From positions 1-64,000 of the forward strand of contig JBPCLO010000013.1 in NCBI GenBank assembly GCA_051003155.1: a DNA stretch of 64,000 nucleotides. The letters run 5' to 3'. A program made the position numbers and the translations under genes. Below, piece by piece: positions 29,781 through 39,370 of the stretch (positions are counted from its first letter, which is position 1; the number at the start of each line of letters is the position of its first letter). Origin of the DNA: Fimbriimonadales bacterium (GTDB taxonomy: Bacteria; Armatimonadota; Fimbriimonadia; Fimbriimonadales; ATM1). The notes under the pieces are model-generated. The model searched no databases and was not told the DNA's origin. It worked only from the letters and a program-made list of their open reading frames with translations.

Positions 29781-30261
29781 CGAACTCTGCTGGAAAGTCT
29801 AGGTCGAGTCCCTTTACGAAGACAATCGCTTTCTGAAGCTCATCTTTGTCTTTGCCCGTTACGCGCAATTCGTCGCCCTGAATCTGCGCCTGAATCTTGA
29901 GGCCCTTGTCCTTGATCTTCTTTATCAATGCTTTGGCCTGATCCTGCGCAATTCCTTGCTTGAAGGACGCTTTCTGATGCACGGTCATCTTTGCACCCTT
30001 TTCGATCGTGCCGTAGTCCAGCAGGCGCAAATCTATTCCACGCTTGATAAGCTTGCTCGCGACGATATCCTTGAGCTGCGACAGTTTGAATTCGTCGTCT
30101 GACATAAGGGTTAGCCCCTCTTTGTCCAACTGAATTTCGCTTTGAGAGCCCTTGAAGTCGAATCTGTTAGCGAGTTCGCGCTGCGCCTGATCGACCGCGT
30201 TCTTCATCTCTTGCATGTCGATCCGCGAGACTATGTCAAACGAATATTCGTTGTTTGCCAC
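29767..30261 (-). CDS. yajQ: YajQ family nucleotide/c-di-GMP-binding protein
   Basis: SFDIVS, NAVDQA.RE...RFDFKG, QIQGDELRVTGK, FVNYR. Confidence 0.95.
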   Translation of the reverse strand: MANNEYSFDIVSRIDMQEMKNAVDQAQRELANRFDFKGSQSEIQLDKEGLTLMSDDEFKLSQLKDIVASKLIKRGIDLRLLDYGTIEKGAKMTVHQKASFKQGIAQDQAKALIKKIKDKGLKIQAQIQGDELRVTGKDKDELQKAIVFVKGLDLDFPAEFVNYR

Positions 30262-30323
30262 TGGTCAGAATTGTACCGAGTCCCCCTACCGCCCGTTGAC
30301 GAAACGGCAGGGGGCATTGCGTA

Positions 30324-31889
30324 TTAGAACCGGATGCGCCATGAGGCCTCATCGACCGACGAGGTCCACGGGTACACAAAGATCGGTCCGGTCGTCTTGT
30401 ACAGGATGCGCATTTTGAGCGCGTTCTCCGCGCTTACATGCTGGGCAGGGTTGGGAACGTCGAGTGTTCGCACGGTATCTGGGTTACCACCACTGCCGAT
30501 CGGGTTGAAGGTGTCAAGCGTGGTCCACGTGCTCGTCGAATAGTTGAAGGCCTCCACAATTTGACGCGTAACACTAGTCGAGGATCTCGATTCGACGACC
30601 ACTGTCAGTTCCGTCGGAGTGGTCGGCGGTGCCGTGGTTTCGTATACCACCTCGATGGGATCCTGATTACTCGAGAACACGGCCCCCGGCCTCATTACCA
30701 TGTACGTGTCGTCACTGTCGCCAACCTGCGGCAAGCCGCCGGACAAAACACGCCCGCGGTTCAAGTGGAAGGCATTCGGTCGCAGCTTCAGGGGAGCGTC
30801 TGTGCAAAACGTGGTCCCTGTCAGATTGATCGTGTAGTTGCCGACGTTTCCGGCGCCTAAAGTCCAAGAACTCAGCGGCGAAGCAGACCCTGGACCGTCC
30901 GGCGGACGCTCCGTGTTGAAAGGCTCGTCCATCCAAATGTACCCGCCGGCGCTGCGGGCGTCGGCATCCCACCTGGATATCGAAAGGTAGTAAAGGCCTG
31001 GCTCGGTCACGAACGCCGAAGAAAGGGCCGACCAAACTCCCGTGCCGTTTGGCTCGTCGTCGTTGAAAGCCACGCCAATCCCGTTCGCCTTGAACAAGAA
31101 CAGTTGCGTGTCGAAGTTAACCGTGCCCACGAGCGAAGCGCTGAACGCCGCCGGATTCTCGATCAAGATGCAGAAGGTGTCGACGTCGCTAGCGGAGAAA
31201 ATCGAGCCTACGATCATGTCCAGCGGGCCGGTTCCTGCCGTCTCTTGGCCGGGAATCAGGCTCGGTGCATCGACGAACTCGTTCCAAATGCCCACCGGAG
31301 GCGGCGGTGGCGGTTCACCTTGAGTTCCGACATCTGTCCCGGTAAGCGAGATCGTGTACGGCCCGGCTGGTGTGGGCTCCAGTGTCCAGAAAGACAACGG
31401 ACCGGGCGCGCCCGGCCCGTCTGGTGAGCGCTCCGTGTTGGCAGGCGAGTTTAGCCATATGAGCTTGTCGGCCGCGGTCTTTGGATCCCGGTTATAGTGC
31501 GTTATCGCAATAAAGTAAATGCCCGGCTGAGTAACGAATGTAGAGGTAATGCGAGACTGCCGGCTGCCACCGATGGGGTCGTCGTCATTGTGGGTGACGC
31601 CGTTTCCGTTCCCATCGAAAAGAAAAATTTGCGTATCCAGCGACGAGCCGCCGACGGTAGTAGCCGAAAATGCTCCTTCGTCGCTGATTCTGATGCGATA
31701 GACGTCGATTCCGTCCGTTTCGAGAGTCCCTTGGATTCCGTCCAACGTGCCCGAGTTTCCAATGGTGTCTTGGCCAGGTAAAAGTGCAGCCGCGTCGCCC
31801 GAAGACCCAGAGCCTTCAATCCAAGTATAAGCATGCCCCGCAGCGGCGATGGCGAGCCCGCAAACGATCGATAGTGTGAGTTTCCACAT
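30324..31889 (-). CDS. Secreted protein with two tandem PPC/DVUA0089-like domains and the conserved C-terminal domain
   Basis: Signal peptide; duplicated D.D...I.I.....FSA......DTQ.FLF...G.GV..NDD unit separated by PPPPPP; C-terminal domain. Confidence 0.8.
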   Translation of the reverse strand: MWKLTLSIVCGLAIAAAGHAYTWIEGSGSSGDAAALLPGQDTIGNSGTLDGIQGTLETDGIDVYRIRISDEGAFSATTVGGSSLDTQIFLFDGNGNGVTHNDDDPIGGSRQSRITSTFVTQPGIYFIAITHYNRDPKTAADKLIWLNSPANTERSPDGPGAPGPLSFWTLEPTPAGPYTISLTGTDVGTQGEPPPPPPVGIWNEFVDAPSLIPGQETAGTGPLDMIVGSIFSASDVDTFCILIENPAAFSASLVGTVNFDTQLFLFKANGIGVAFNDDEPNGTGVWSALSSAFVTEPGLYYLSISRWDADARSAGGYIWMDEPFNTERPPDGPGSASPLSSWTLGAGNVGNYTINLTGTTFCTDAPLKLRPNAFHLNRGRVLSGGLPQVGDSDDTYMVMRPGAVFSSNQDPIEVVYETTAPPTTPTELTVVVESRSSTSVTRQIVEAFNYSTSTWTTLDTFNPIGSGGNPDTVRTLDVPNPAQHVSAENALKMRILYKTTGPIFVYPWTSSVDEASWRIRF

Positions 31890-32040
31890 AAGAAGCCTCC
31901 TCGACAGGTTTATGATAAAATAACAAGCTCAGTTTATCCCACTCAAGGTGCAAGATGCTATGACGCAGCGGATGTGACGGAGTTCGATAAGCTTAGAAGG
32001 AAATCGCACAAGTCTTGAGCGCTCGGCGTAGCAAAGGTTT

Positions 32041-32307
32041 ATGGACTCTCCGGTCTTCGCTGTGTTGGCGCTGATCGCCTTAGTAGGGCTTGGTTGCCTT
32101 TGCCTTTCCCTTCTACTTATGTTCTTTATGTGGGTATTGGCTCCGTTGCGGCCTTGGTACGACAAAGGGTTGGCGGCCATGAAGGCGAAGCTTCCGAAGA
32201 TTCCACGCTTTGGCGAATTTCGAGCGGTCGAAGGGCGCGACCCGATGGTGGTGCATCTCGACGTTCGTGATAAGGGTTGCTCGGCTCCGATTACGGGACC
32301 GCACTAA
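32041..32307 (+). CDS. Small membrane hypothetical protein
   Basis: 88-aa ORF with a long hydrophobic N-terminus, filling the intergenic space. Confidence 0.4.
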   Translation: MDSPVFAVLALIALVGLGCLCLSLLLMFFMWVLAPLRPWYDKGLAAMKAKLPKIPRFGEFRAVEGRDPMVVHLDVRDKGCSAPITGPH

Positions 32308-33101
32308 AAACGCTGACGTCGCCAGTTCTTGGCCACGGACCTGTGGCTTTCGCCGGAGGCTGAGTTTGCGTAGGCTGGTCGCTCGTATCCGAGCCAGTCT
32401 ATGACTTCCCATAGATTCACGGCCACCGCGTCCGGTTGCGGATCGGAACCAGGGTTATCCTCTCCTGCCTTGTTAACCCAAATGGAGTGCCAGCCGGCGT
32501 TCTTCGACCCCTGAACATCATGCTCGAATGCGTTGCCCACGAAAAGCATTTCGTCGTGTTCGAGCCCGCTTAAACGACGGGCTTCGTCGAAAATTTCTTG
32601 GTGAGGCTTGCCAAGCTTGTATTCCCCCTCGATCAGGATATGATCGAAGTACTCGGCGATTCCCAAAGTCTCGATTTCTTGGCGCTGAACGTCGGCCGGT
32701 CCGTTCGTGATCAGCCCTAGGATGTACTTGGATTTTAAGAATTCCAATACTTCGTGCGTTTCCTGAAATGGCTCCAGCGAAGCGTCGCGCAGTTCTGCGT
32801 AGCGCGCGCTGAGTTTAGTGGCCAGTTGGTCGCTTGGGCAGCCCAGCCTGGTCAGCACGCGCCGCATGTGCTCGGTCCTCGTAGGCTCGCCGCTTTCCAA
32901 ATAGCGCTCGTACCAACGGTCGGTCTTGATTTCAGGCGAAAAGGTCGAGAATACTGTCCGCCAAGCCTCTATGGCCTTATCGGGATCGCACTCCAATGGA
33001 GCCTCTTCGAATGCCTGTCGCAGCCCACGCCGGGAAGCTGACCAGTAGGCGCAGAGGGTGTCGTCCAGATCGAAGAATATGGCTCGGATTTGCTGTTTCA
33101 T
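32304..33101 (-). CDS. HAD-superfamily hydrolase (YjjG-like)
   Basis: FFDLDDTL, ITNG, GKP, FVGN...DV.G motifs. Confidence 0.9.
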   Translation of the reverse strand: MKQQIRAIFFDLDDTLCAYWSASRRGLRQAFEEAPLECDPDKAIEAWRTVFSTFSPEIKTDRWYERYLESGEPTRTEHMRRVLTRLGCPSDQLATKLSARYAELRDASLEPFQETHEVLEFLKSKYILGLITNGPADVQRQEIETLGIAEYFDHILIEGEYKLGKPHQEIFDEARRLSGLEHDEMLFVGNAFEHDVQGSKNAGWHSIWVNKAGEDNPGSDPQPDAVAVNLWEVIDWLGYERPAYANSASGESHRSVAKNWRRQRF

Positions 33102-33114
33102 AGGTTGTGCAGAA

Positions 33115-34098
33115 CTACGGTAATCCCATCGCTATTCGGATTTCCTTAATCGTTTCCGACGCGACTGCTCGCGCCTCTTCTGCGCCCGCCGCTAATATAC
33201 TTACGACGTGGCCGCGATCTTGTTCCAACACACGCCTGCGCGCCCGAATTGGCGCTAGGGCCTCGTTCACAATCTCGATACACTCGCGTTTGTTTTGCAC
33301 ACAGCCGCGCAGACCCTGCCGGCACTCTTCAAGTGCTGACACATAGTTCGGATTGTAGACGGTGTGTAAAGCACAAACGGCACAACCTTCCGGATGTCCC
33401 GGATCATCCTTTCGAATCTTTAACGGGTCGGTAAACGCCTTCATGATTTTCATTGCCGTTTCGTCCGCAGTGTCGGCGATATAGATGGCGTTGTCGTAGC
33501 TCTTGCTCATCTTCCGCCCGTCCAGGCCCATCATCGAAGGCGTTTCGCTAAGGACGTTCAGAATTTCGGGGAACACGTTTCCGAAGAGATAATTAAATCG
33601 TCGGCCGATCTCGCGAGTCAGTTCTAGGTGGGGAACCTGGTCTTTGCCGACCGGAACCCCGTAAGGCTTGTACAGGAGTATATCGGCAGCCTGCAGCACC
33701 GGATAGCCGAGCAAACCATGGCTCGCATCGGCGTCCCCGGTCAAGAGCTCCCGCTTCTCCTTATAAGTCGGCACCCGTTCCAGCCACCCGAGAGGTGTGC
33801 ACATGCTCAAAAGAAGATAAAGCTCGGCGTGTTCCTTAACCTGAGACTGGAGGAAGATTGCGCTTCTCTCGGGGTCGATGCCGGCGGCAAGGTAGTCCGT
33901 TGCGACGCCGATCGAATTCTCGTAAATCTCGCCCGAATGATCGATCATCGTCGTGAGCGCATGCCAATCCACAACGCAGCAAAAGAGATCGTATTCTTCT
34001 TGAAGGTTAACCCAATTGCGCAAAGCTCCCTCTAGGTTGCCTAGATGGAGCTTGGCCTGGGTCGGCTGCATGCCGCTAAGGAGGCGTTTGCGAGACAC
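33115..34098 (-). CDS. trpS: Tryptophan--tRNA ligase
   Basis: SGMQPT, HLGN, YPVLQAADIL, VPVGKDQ, KMSKS. Confidence 0.97.
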   Translation of the reverse strand: MSRKRLLSGMQPTQAKLHLGNLEGALRNWVNLQEEYDLFCCVVDWHALTTMIDHSGEIYENSIGVATDYLAAGIDPERSAIFLQSQVKEHAELYLLLSMCTPLGWLERVPTYKEKRELLTGDADASHGLLGYPVLQAADILLYKPYGVPVGKDQVPHLELTREIGRRFNYLFGNVFPEILNVLSETPSMMGLDGRKMSKSYDNAIYIADTADETAMKIMKAFTDPLKIRKDDPGHPEGCAVCALHTVYNPNYVSALEECRQGLRGCVQNKRECIEIVNEALAPIRARRRVLEQDRGHVVSILAAGAEEARAVASETIKEIRIAMGLP

Positions 34099-34331
34099 GC
34101 GCTTGATTATGCCGCATTCGGTTTTAAATAGAAACGGGCCCACGGCTTTGGGAACGCTCTGCGGTACGTGCGTGAGCCCGAATGATTAAAGACCTACACC
34201 GCAGCTTTTCGAGTTTGGCTCGTCTAACCGGCGCAACTCAGATCCTATGATAACCGATCTATCGCCTTCGAGCATGTCCTAATTTGTGTCTACAACCTTC
34301 GTACGCCCCGTTAGGTAGAGTCGTTTGCTGA

Positions 34332-35780
34332 ATGTATCACGATTTCCAACATTTTTTGCGTGAGCTCGATTCGCGGGGCGAGCTTAGAAAGATCAAGGCG
34401 CCGCTAAGCCCGGACCTCGAGATAACGGAGGTCGCGGACCGATGCATGAAGATGCCAGGCGGCGGCCCTGCCCTTCTAATCGAAAACCCTACGGGCTACG
34501 ACATACCGGTGGCCATTAACACGATGGGATCGAGGTTGCGCATGGCCTTGGCGCTCGGTGTCGAGGATGTTGAGGAAGTAGCCGCAGAGCTCACCGACTT
34601 GCTCAAGCCCGACATCCCCGCAAAGCTCACCGAAAAGCTCAAGCTGGTTGCGAAGCTGGCTCGATTCGCGAAGGTTCCTCCGAAGACGGTTAGCTCGGGG
34701 ATCTGTCAAGAAGTAGTCCTTGCGGGCAAAGAGGTCGATCTTACGAAATTGCCCATTCTGAGGTGTTGGCCCGAAGATGCGGGGCCGTTTATCACGCTCC
34801 CCCTCGTATTCACCCACGATCCAAATACGGGGAAGCGCAACGTGGGCATGTACCGAATGCAGGTGTACGACAGGAACACGACGGGCATGCACTGGCAGAT
34901 GCACAAAGTCGGCGCCGAGCATATGAAGCTGGCCGCGGAGAATCGAAAGCACATCGAAGTCGCCGTCGCGCTCGGCGGCGATCCTGCGTACACCTTTTCC
35001 GCAATTTCCCCACTTCCGCCCGGCATCGACGAAATGCTCTTCGCAGGGTTTCTGCGAAAGGAGTCCGCCAAACTGGTCAAGGCCAAGACCGTCGACATCA
35101 AAGTGCCCGCAGACGCCGAGATGATCCTCGAAGGCTTCGTCGATCCCACGGAGAGCCGGCGTGAAGGGCCCTTCGGCGACCACACGGGTTACTACTCTTT
35201 GGCGGACGAATTCCCGGTGTTCCACGTTACTTGCGTCACGATGAGGGAAAAGCCAGTCTATCCGGCGACGATAGTTGGCGTCCCACCCATGGAGGATGGA
35301 TACATGGGCAAGGCCGTCGAGCGTATCTTCCTTCCCCTGATTCGACTCACCGTTCCAGAAATCCTCGACATCGATCTGCCGATCCAAGCCTGCTTTCACA
35401 ACATGGCCTTTGTGAAAATCCGAAAGCGGTATCCCGGCCACGCTTACAAGGTGATGAACGCCATCTGGGGTCTCGGCGGCCTAATGTTCACGAAGTTCAT
35501 TTTCGTGTTTGAGGAGGACGTGGATATCCACGACCTGGGCGACGTCCTCTTCCGAATCGGCGCCAACTGCGACCCTGCCCGTGACTCGCTGATTAGCCGC
35601 GGCCCGATAGATCAACTCGACCATGCCACGACTATCGTAGGCTACGGCGGAAAAATCGGGTTTGACTGCACCCATAAATGGGCGGCGGAAGGTTTCCCTA
35701 GGGAGTGGCCGGGTCTCATTACAATGTCTCCGGATGTGAAGAAGAGGATCGATTCACTATGGAACAGCTTGGGAATTTAA
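34332..35780 (+). CDS. UbiD-family decarboxylase (menaquinone biosynthesis type)
   Basis: RNVGMYRMQ, MHWQ.HK, EGPFGDHTGYY, PPMED; mqnC lies nearby. Confidence 0.9.
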   Translation: MYHDFQHFLRELDSRGELRKIKAPLSPDLEITEVADRCMKMPGGGPALLIENPTGYDIPVAINTMGSRLRMALALGVEDVEEVAAELTDLLKPDIPAKLTEKLKLVAKLARFAKVPPKTVSSGICQEVVLAGKEVDLTKLPILRCWPEDAGPFITLPLVFTHDPNTGKRNVGMYRMQVYDRNTTGMHWQMHKVGAEHMKLAAENRKHIEVAVALGGDPAYTFSAISPLPPGIDEMLFAGFLRKESAKLVKAKTVDIKVPADAEMILEGFVDPTESRREGPFGDHTGYYSLADEFPVFHVTCVTMREKPVYPATIVGVPPMEDGYMGKAVERIFLPLIRLTVPEILDIDLPIQACFHNMAFVKIRKRYPGHAYKVMNAIWGLGGLMFTKFIFVFEEDVDIHDLGDVLFRIGANCDPARDSLISRGPIDQLDHATTIVGYGGKIGFDCTHKWAAEGFPREWPGLITMSPDVKKRIDSLWNSLGI

Positions 35781-36490
35781 TCATTCTCGTACGTCGAGAC
35801 CACATCCTCCGTATCCCCGCTCATGACGACGGCCCCTTTCTTCATCCAAATGGCGTGGTTCGCAGCACGGCGGATGGCGCCCATATCGTGTGACACGAAT
35901 AAAATCGCCCCGCCGTGGCGTCGAAAGGCCTCGATACGCTCCAGGCACTTTCTTTGAAAATCCAAATCTCCAACCGCGAGCGCCTCGTCTACAAGGAGGA
36001 TCTTCGCGTCGACATGCGTCGCCACGCTAAATCCGAGGCGCAACAGCATCCCGCTCGAATACGTCCGGACCGGCGCATCGATGTAGGTGCCGATTTCGCT
36101 GAAAGCGACGATTTCATCCATGCGCGCCGCCACCTCTTTGCGCGTAAGACCCAGGATAACACCATTAAAGAAAACATTCTCTAGCCCCGAAAGGTCGGGA
36201 TGAAAACCGGCGCCGAGTTCCAGCAGCGGCGCCACTTTACCGCCGAGGCTGAAATCGCCGGACGTCGGTTTATAGACGCGTGCGAGGACGCTTAGGAGCG
36301 TGCTTTTCCCCGCACCGTTCCGCCCGATTACGCCCAGGCACTCGCCGCCTTTCACTTCGAACGTGATGTCGTTCAACGCGTGCAGGGTTTCTCTCCGAGC
36401 CTTTTTCCACCAAAGTAGCATGCCCTTGAGCGAGCCATAGCCCGTGTGCGTCACGGAAAATACTTTGCTAAGCCCGCGCACGCTGATCAT
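35777..36490 (-). CDS. wzt: Polysaccharide ABC exporter ATPase (Wzt/TagH-like)
   Basis: GRNGAGKST, LLELGAGFHP, YSSGM, DEALAVGD..F. Confidence 0.9.
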   Translation of the reverse strand: MISVRGLSKVFSVTHTGYGSLKGMLLWWKKARRETLHALNDITFEVKGGECLGVIGRNGAGKSTLLSVLARVYKPTSGDFSLGGKVAPLLELGAGFHPDLSGLENVFFNGVILGLTRKEVAARMDEIVAFSEIGTYIDAPVRTYSSGMLLRLGFSVATHVDAKILLVDEALAVGDLDFQRKCLERIEAFRRHGGAILFVSHDMGAIRRAANHAIWMKKGAVVMSGDTEDVVSTYEND

Positions 36491-37359
36491 GGGCGCTCCA
36501 CGAACTGCCACTTTTTGCGGTTGAAAACCCAATATCCAACGACAAGCATGCAGAAACAAATGAGAGCGGAAATCGCCACCATTGACCAGTCGAGAGGCAG
36601 GTACTGGTACGTTTTCGCTCCCGCAGCACTTGTCATCGTCACCTCTTGCGGATCGAGCATAACCTTTCGATAACCGGTCATTAACATCGCGATCGGGTTC
36701 AGCAAATAGAGGTTGTAAATCAGGCCGCGCCAGCGGTCGTCGATGCCTGATGCGTGATAGACTTGTTCGCTGAAATAGACGATCGGGCTTAGAAAAAAGA
36801 GGAGATATAGCCCGACGCTCACCATATACTTCACGTCTTCGAAGAACGTATTGAGAGCCGAAATAAACAGCGCCAAACCTAATGTGAGCGCAAGCTGCAT
36901 GATCACGAAAATCGGTAGCAAAAAGACGGTGGCGCGAAACGGATTATCCCCGGGATTAAGCAGCCACACCACGAGCAGATAAAGGAAAAACAACACCATG
37001 GCCAGCAAGAAGTGTAGGAAATTTGCCAGGACGCTGCCGATAGGCAGAATTTCGCGCGGAAAATATATCTTTTTTAGGAGCGTTATCTGACCGAGAATGG
37101 ACTGCGATGCATCCATCAGAGACAATTGGAAAAACATGTAAGGAAGATAAGCCGCAAGGATGTAAGCGCTGTAGTTCTTGACGGACTGGCCCATCACGTA
37201 CTTGAACACCAGCGTCATCACTAGCACGGTTACAAGTGGGTTCAAGATTGACCAGAAGAATCCCAGGTACGAGTTCTTGTACCGAATGCGCAGCTCACGA
37301 AGCACTACCGACCACAGCAACTCGCGATAGCGCCAAAGTTCCGCCAACTCCGCCCGCAT
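36487..37359 (-). CDS. wzm: Polysaccharide ABC exporter permease (Wzm/TagG-like)
   Basis: ELWRYRELL, RY..SYLGFFWSILNPL, KKIYFPRE, LNP; the true start lies inside the long ORF-track call. Confidence 0.9.
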   Translation of the reverse strand: MRAELAELWRYRELLWSVVLRELRIRYKNSYLGFFWSILNPLVTVLVMTLVFKYVMGQSVKNYSAYILAAYLPYMFFQLSLMDASQSILGQITLLKKIYFPREILPIGSVLANFLHFLLAMVLFFLYLLVVWLLNPGDNPFRATVFLLPIFVIMQLALTLGLALFISALNTFFEDVKYMVSVGLYLLFFLSPIVYFSEQVYHASGIDDRWRGLIYNLYLLNPIAMLMTGYRKVMLDPQEVTMTSAAGAKTYQYLPLDWSMVAISALICFCMLVVGYWVFNRKKWQFVERP

Positions 37360-37404
37360 GGCGGTGAGTGTACTTGAAGCCGGCAAGGTAGAATTCGGGC
37401 AGCC

Positions 37405-38493
37405 ATGGCCATTGCGAACCCACCTGAGATATCCTTCGACGCCATCGCGGACAAGGTGCTCGCGAACGAGAGGATTAATACCGATGAGGCCCTGCGCCTC
37501 TTCCGACATCACGACCTCAACGAACTGGCAACGCTCGCCAACCACCGCCGACAGGAACGCGTTCCGGGCGACACGGTCACCTACATCATCGGCCGGATTC
37601 TCAATTACACGAACGTCTGCTGGGTGCGGTGCAAGTTCTGCGCTTTTTACCGAGTGCCAGGGCACGACGAGGGCTACCTGCTCTCCGACGAAGAAATCCT
37701 GGAAAAGGTCGGCGACACGGTCGAAAAGGGCGGCGTCGAAATCCTGTTTCAGGGGGGCCTCAACCCGAAGCTCAAGATCGACTATTACGAAGGCATTTTC
37801 AAGAAAATTCTCGACAACTACCCGAACGTGATCCTTCATGCCCTCAGCCCCGCGGAGATTATCTACATCGCCCACATCAGCAAGCTGACCCTCCCGCAGT
37901 GCCTCGAACGCCTCAAAGCAGCCGGCTTGCACAGCATCCCGGGAGCCGGCGGCGAGATTCTCGTCGACAGGGTCCGCAAGATCATCGCGCCCTACAAAGA
38001 CACAACCGACGAGTGGCTCCACTGCATGCGCACCGCAGCCGCGCTCGGCATCCGAAGCACCGCCAGCATGATGTTCGGCCACGTGGAAACGACAGCGGAC
38101 CGAATCGAGCACCTCGGCCGCATCCGCGACTTGCAGGACGAGTGCGCACCGTTTCGCGCTTTCGTGACCTGGAGTTTCCAGCCCGAGGAAACCGATCTGG
38201 CGATCGAGCGGAAAGCGTCCGGATACGACTACCTTCGCACGCTGGCAGTCTCGAGGATCTTCCTCGACAACTTTGACAACTTCCAGCTCTCGATCCTCAC
38301 GCAGGGCCCGAAGGTCGCCCAACTCGGCCTGGGCTACGGCGCCAACGACTTCGGCTCCGTGATGATCGAGGAAAACGTCGTTTCGGCAGCGGGGAACAAG
38401 TTTATTCTGGACGCCACAGAGTTCGAGCGCTTGATCACGGAGGCAGGTTACGTCGCCCGAAGACGGAACACCCGGTACGAGCTATTAAACTGA
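37405..38493 (+). CDS. mqnC: Cyclic dehypoxanthinyl futalosine synthase (radical SAM)
   Basis: NYTNVC...CKFCAFYR, QGGLNP, GANDFGSVMIEENVV. Confidence 0.9.
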   Translation: MAIANPPEISFDAIADKVLANERINTDEALRLFRHHDLNELATLANHRRQERVPGDTVTYIIGRILNYTNVCWVRCKFCAFYRVPGHDEGYLLSDEEILEKVGDTVEKGGVEILFQGGLNPKLKIDYYEGIFKKILDNYPNVILHALSPAEIIYIAHISKLTLPQCLERLKAAGLHSIPGAGGEILVDRVRKIIAPYKDTTDEWLHCMRTAAALGIRSTASMMFGHVETTADRIEHLGRIRDLQDECAPFRAFVTWSFQPEETDLAIERKASGYDYLRTLAVSRIFLDNFDNFQLSILTQGPKVAQLGLGYGANDFGSVMIEENVVSAAGNKFILDATEFERLITEAGYVARRRNTRYELLN

Positions 38494-38499
38494 CCAAAT

Positions 38500-38563
38500 C
38501 CCTCCCCCGGCTCACGAAAGTCCGGTTCGAAAGGTTCCGCAGCCGTGGGAGGCTAGGAGGGGG
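38500..38563. repeat. REP-like C-rich/G-rich palindromic element
   Basis: CCCTCCCCCGG...GTGGGAGGCTAGGAGGGGG immediately after the mqnC stop. Confidence 0.45.
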
Positions 38564-38599
38564 CAAGAAGAGCCTGAACAACGGGTAGATTCACAAGCG

Positions 38600-38986
38600 A
38601 TGATCAAAGCCATACACACGATGATTCATTCCGACGATCCGCCGGCAACGCGCGCATTCCTGCGCGACGTACTCGGTTGGTCCTACGTCGAGCACACTGA
38701 ATCTGAGCCCGGATGGCTCATCTTCAAGGCCGGCCCGAGCGAAATGGGAGTCCATCCCACCTCAGGCGTCTGGAAGGGCAAGCCGTACTCGCACCCGAAG
38801 CACCACTCGATTTCTCTGATGTGCGATGACATGGAAGCGACGGTCGCGGAGCTAAGAAGCAAAGGCGCGGAGTTCATCGGAGGAATCACGGACGAAGGCT
38901 TCGGCCTCACCACCAAACTCGTTCTCCCGGCCGCAGGCGAGATCATGCTATATCAGCCCAAGCACCCGGAAGCTCACAGCCTGTAG
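38600..38986 (+). CDS. VOC/glyoxalase family protein
   Basis: RAFLRDVLG, GWLIF, LMCDD...TVAEL..KG, LYQPKH. Confidence 0.88.
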   Translation: MIKAIHTMIHSDDPPATRAFLRDVLGWSYVEHTESEPGWLIFKAGPSEMGVHPTSGVWKGKPYSHPKHHSISLMCDDMEATVAELRSKGAEFIGGITDEGFGLTTKLVLPAAGEIMLYQPKHPEAHSL

Positions 38987-39272
38987 CGGGCACTGTAGCG
39001 CACCTCCTCCACAGGAGTATTGAGCGGCAACTCGGGCTTAGACCCCGTCGGCCCTATTCAGGTAACCGCAGTCGATCGGGGACACCCTTACCGACAAGAA
39101 GGACAAGGTCCTAGTAGCGCATACCTCGACGATCCGCAGAACCTATAGAGCAAACCGCTCAAGTGTGGATACAGCCCTTATACGGGCCAATGGCAGGAGT
39201 GGAGCGAGAATCCACTGAGGCAGGCAGCCATCGCATTCTACGGTATGGAAAGTATCACCTGAGACGTGCTCG

Positions 39273-39370
39273 CCGTTGTACCGCGCAACCCACTCCTCGT
39301 TGCCAACGGAATCGTACTTGACCGTCGCGTAGTCGAGGTTGCTTCCGCTCCGCGATTGTCCCGTCACATT
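39273..39370 (-). pseudogene. Remnant of a beta-propeller (SBBP-like) repeat gene
   Basis: Isolated NVTGQSRSGSNLDYATVKYDSVGNEEWVARYNG with no coherent flanking ORF. Confidence 0.6.

Noticed and set aside
34099..34331. T-box or attenuator upstream of trpS
   Set aside because: No T-box consensus or terminator/antiterminator was seen, and a -10-like hexamer sits 7 nt before the GTG.
36487..38322. 611-aa ORF as a Wzm fusion protein
   Set aside because: The first 321 codons are the antisense of mqnC. Wzm homology starts at MRAELAELWRYRELL (37359).
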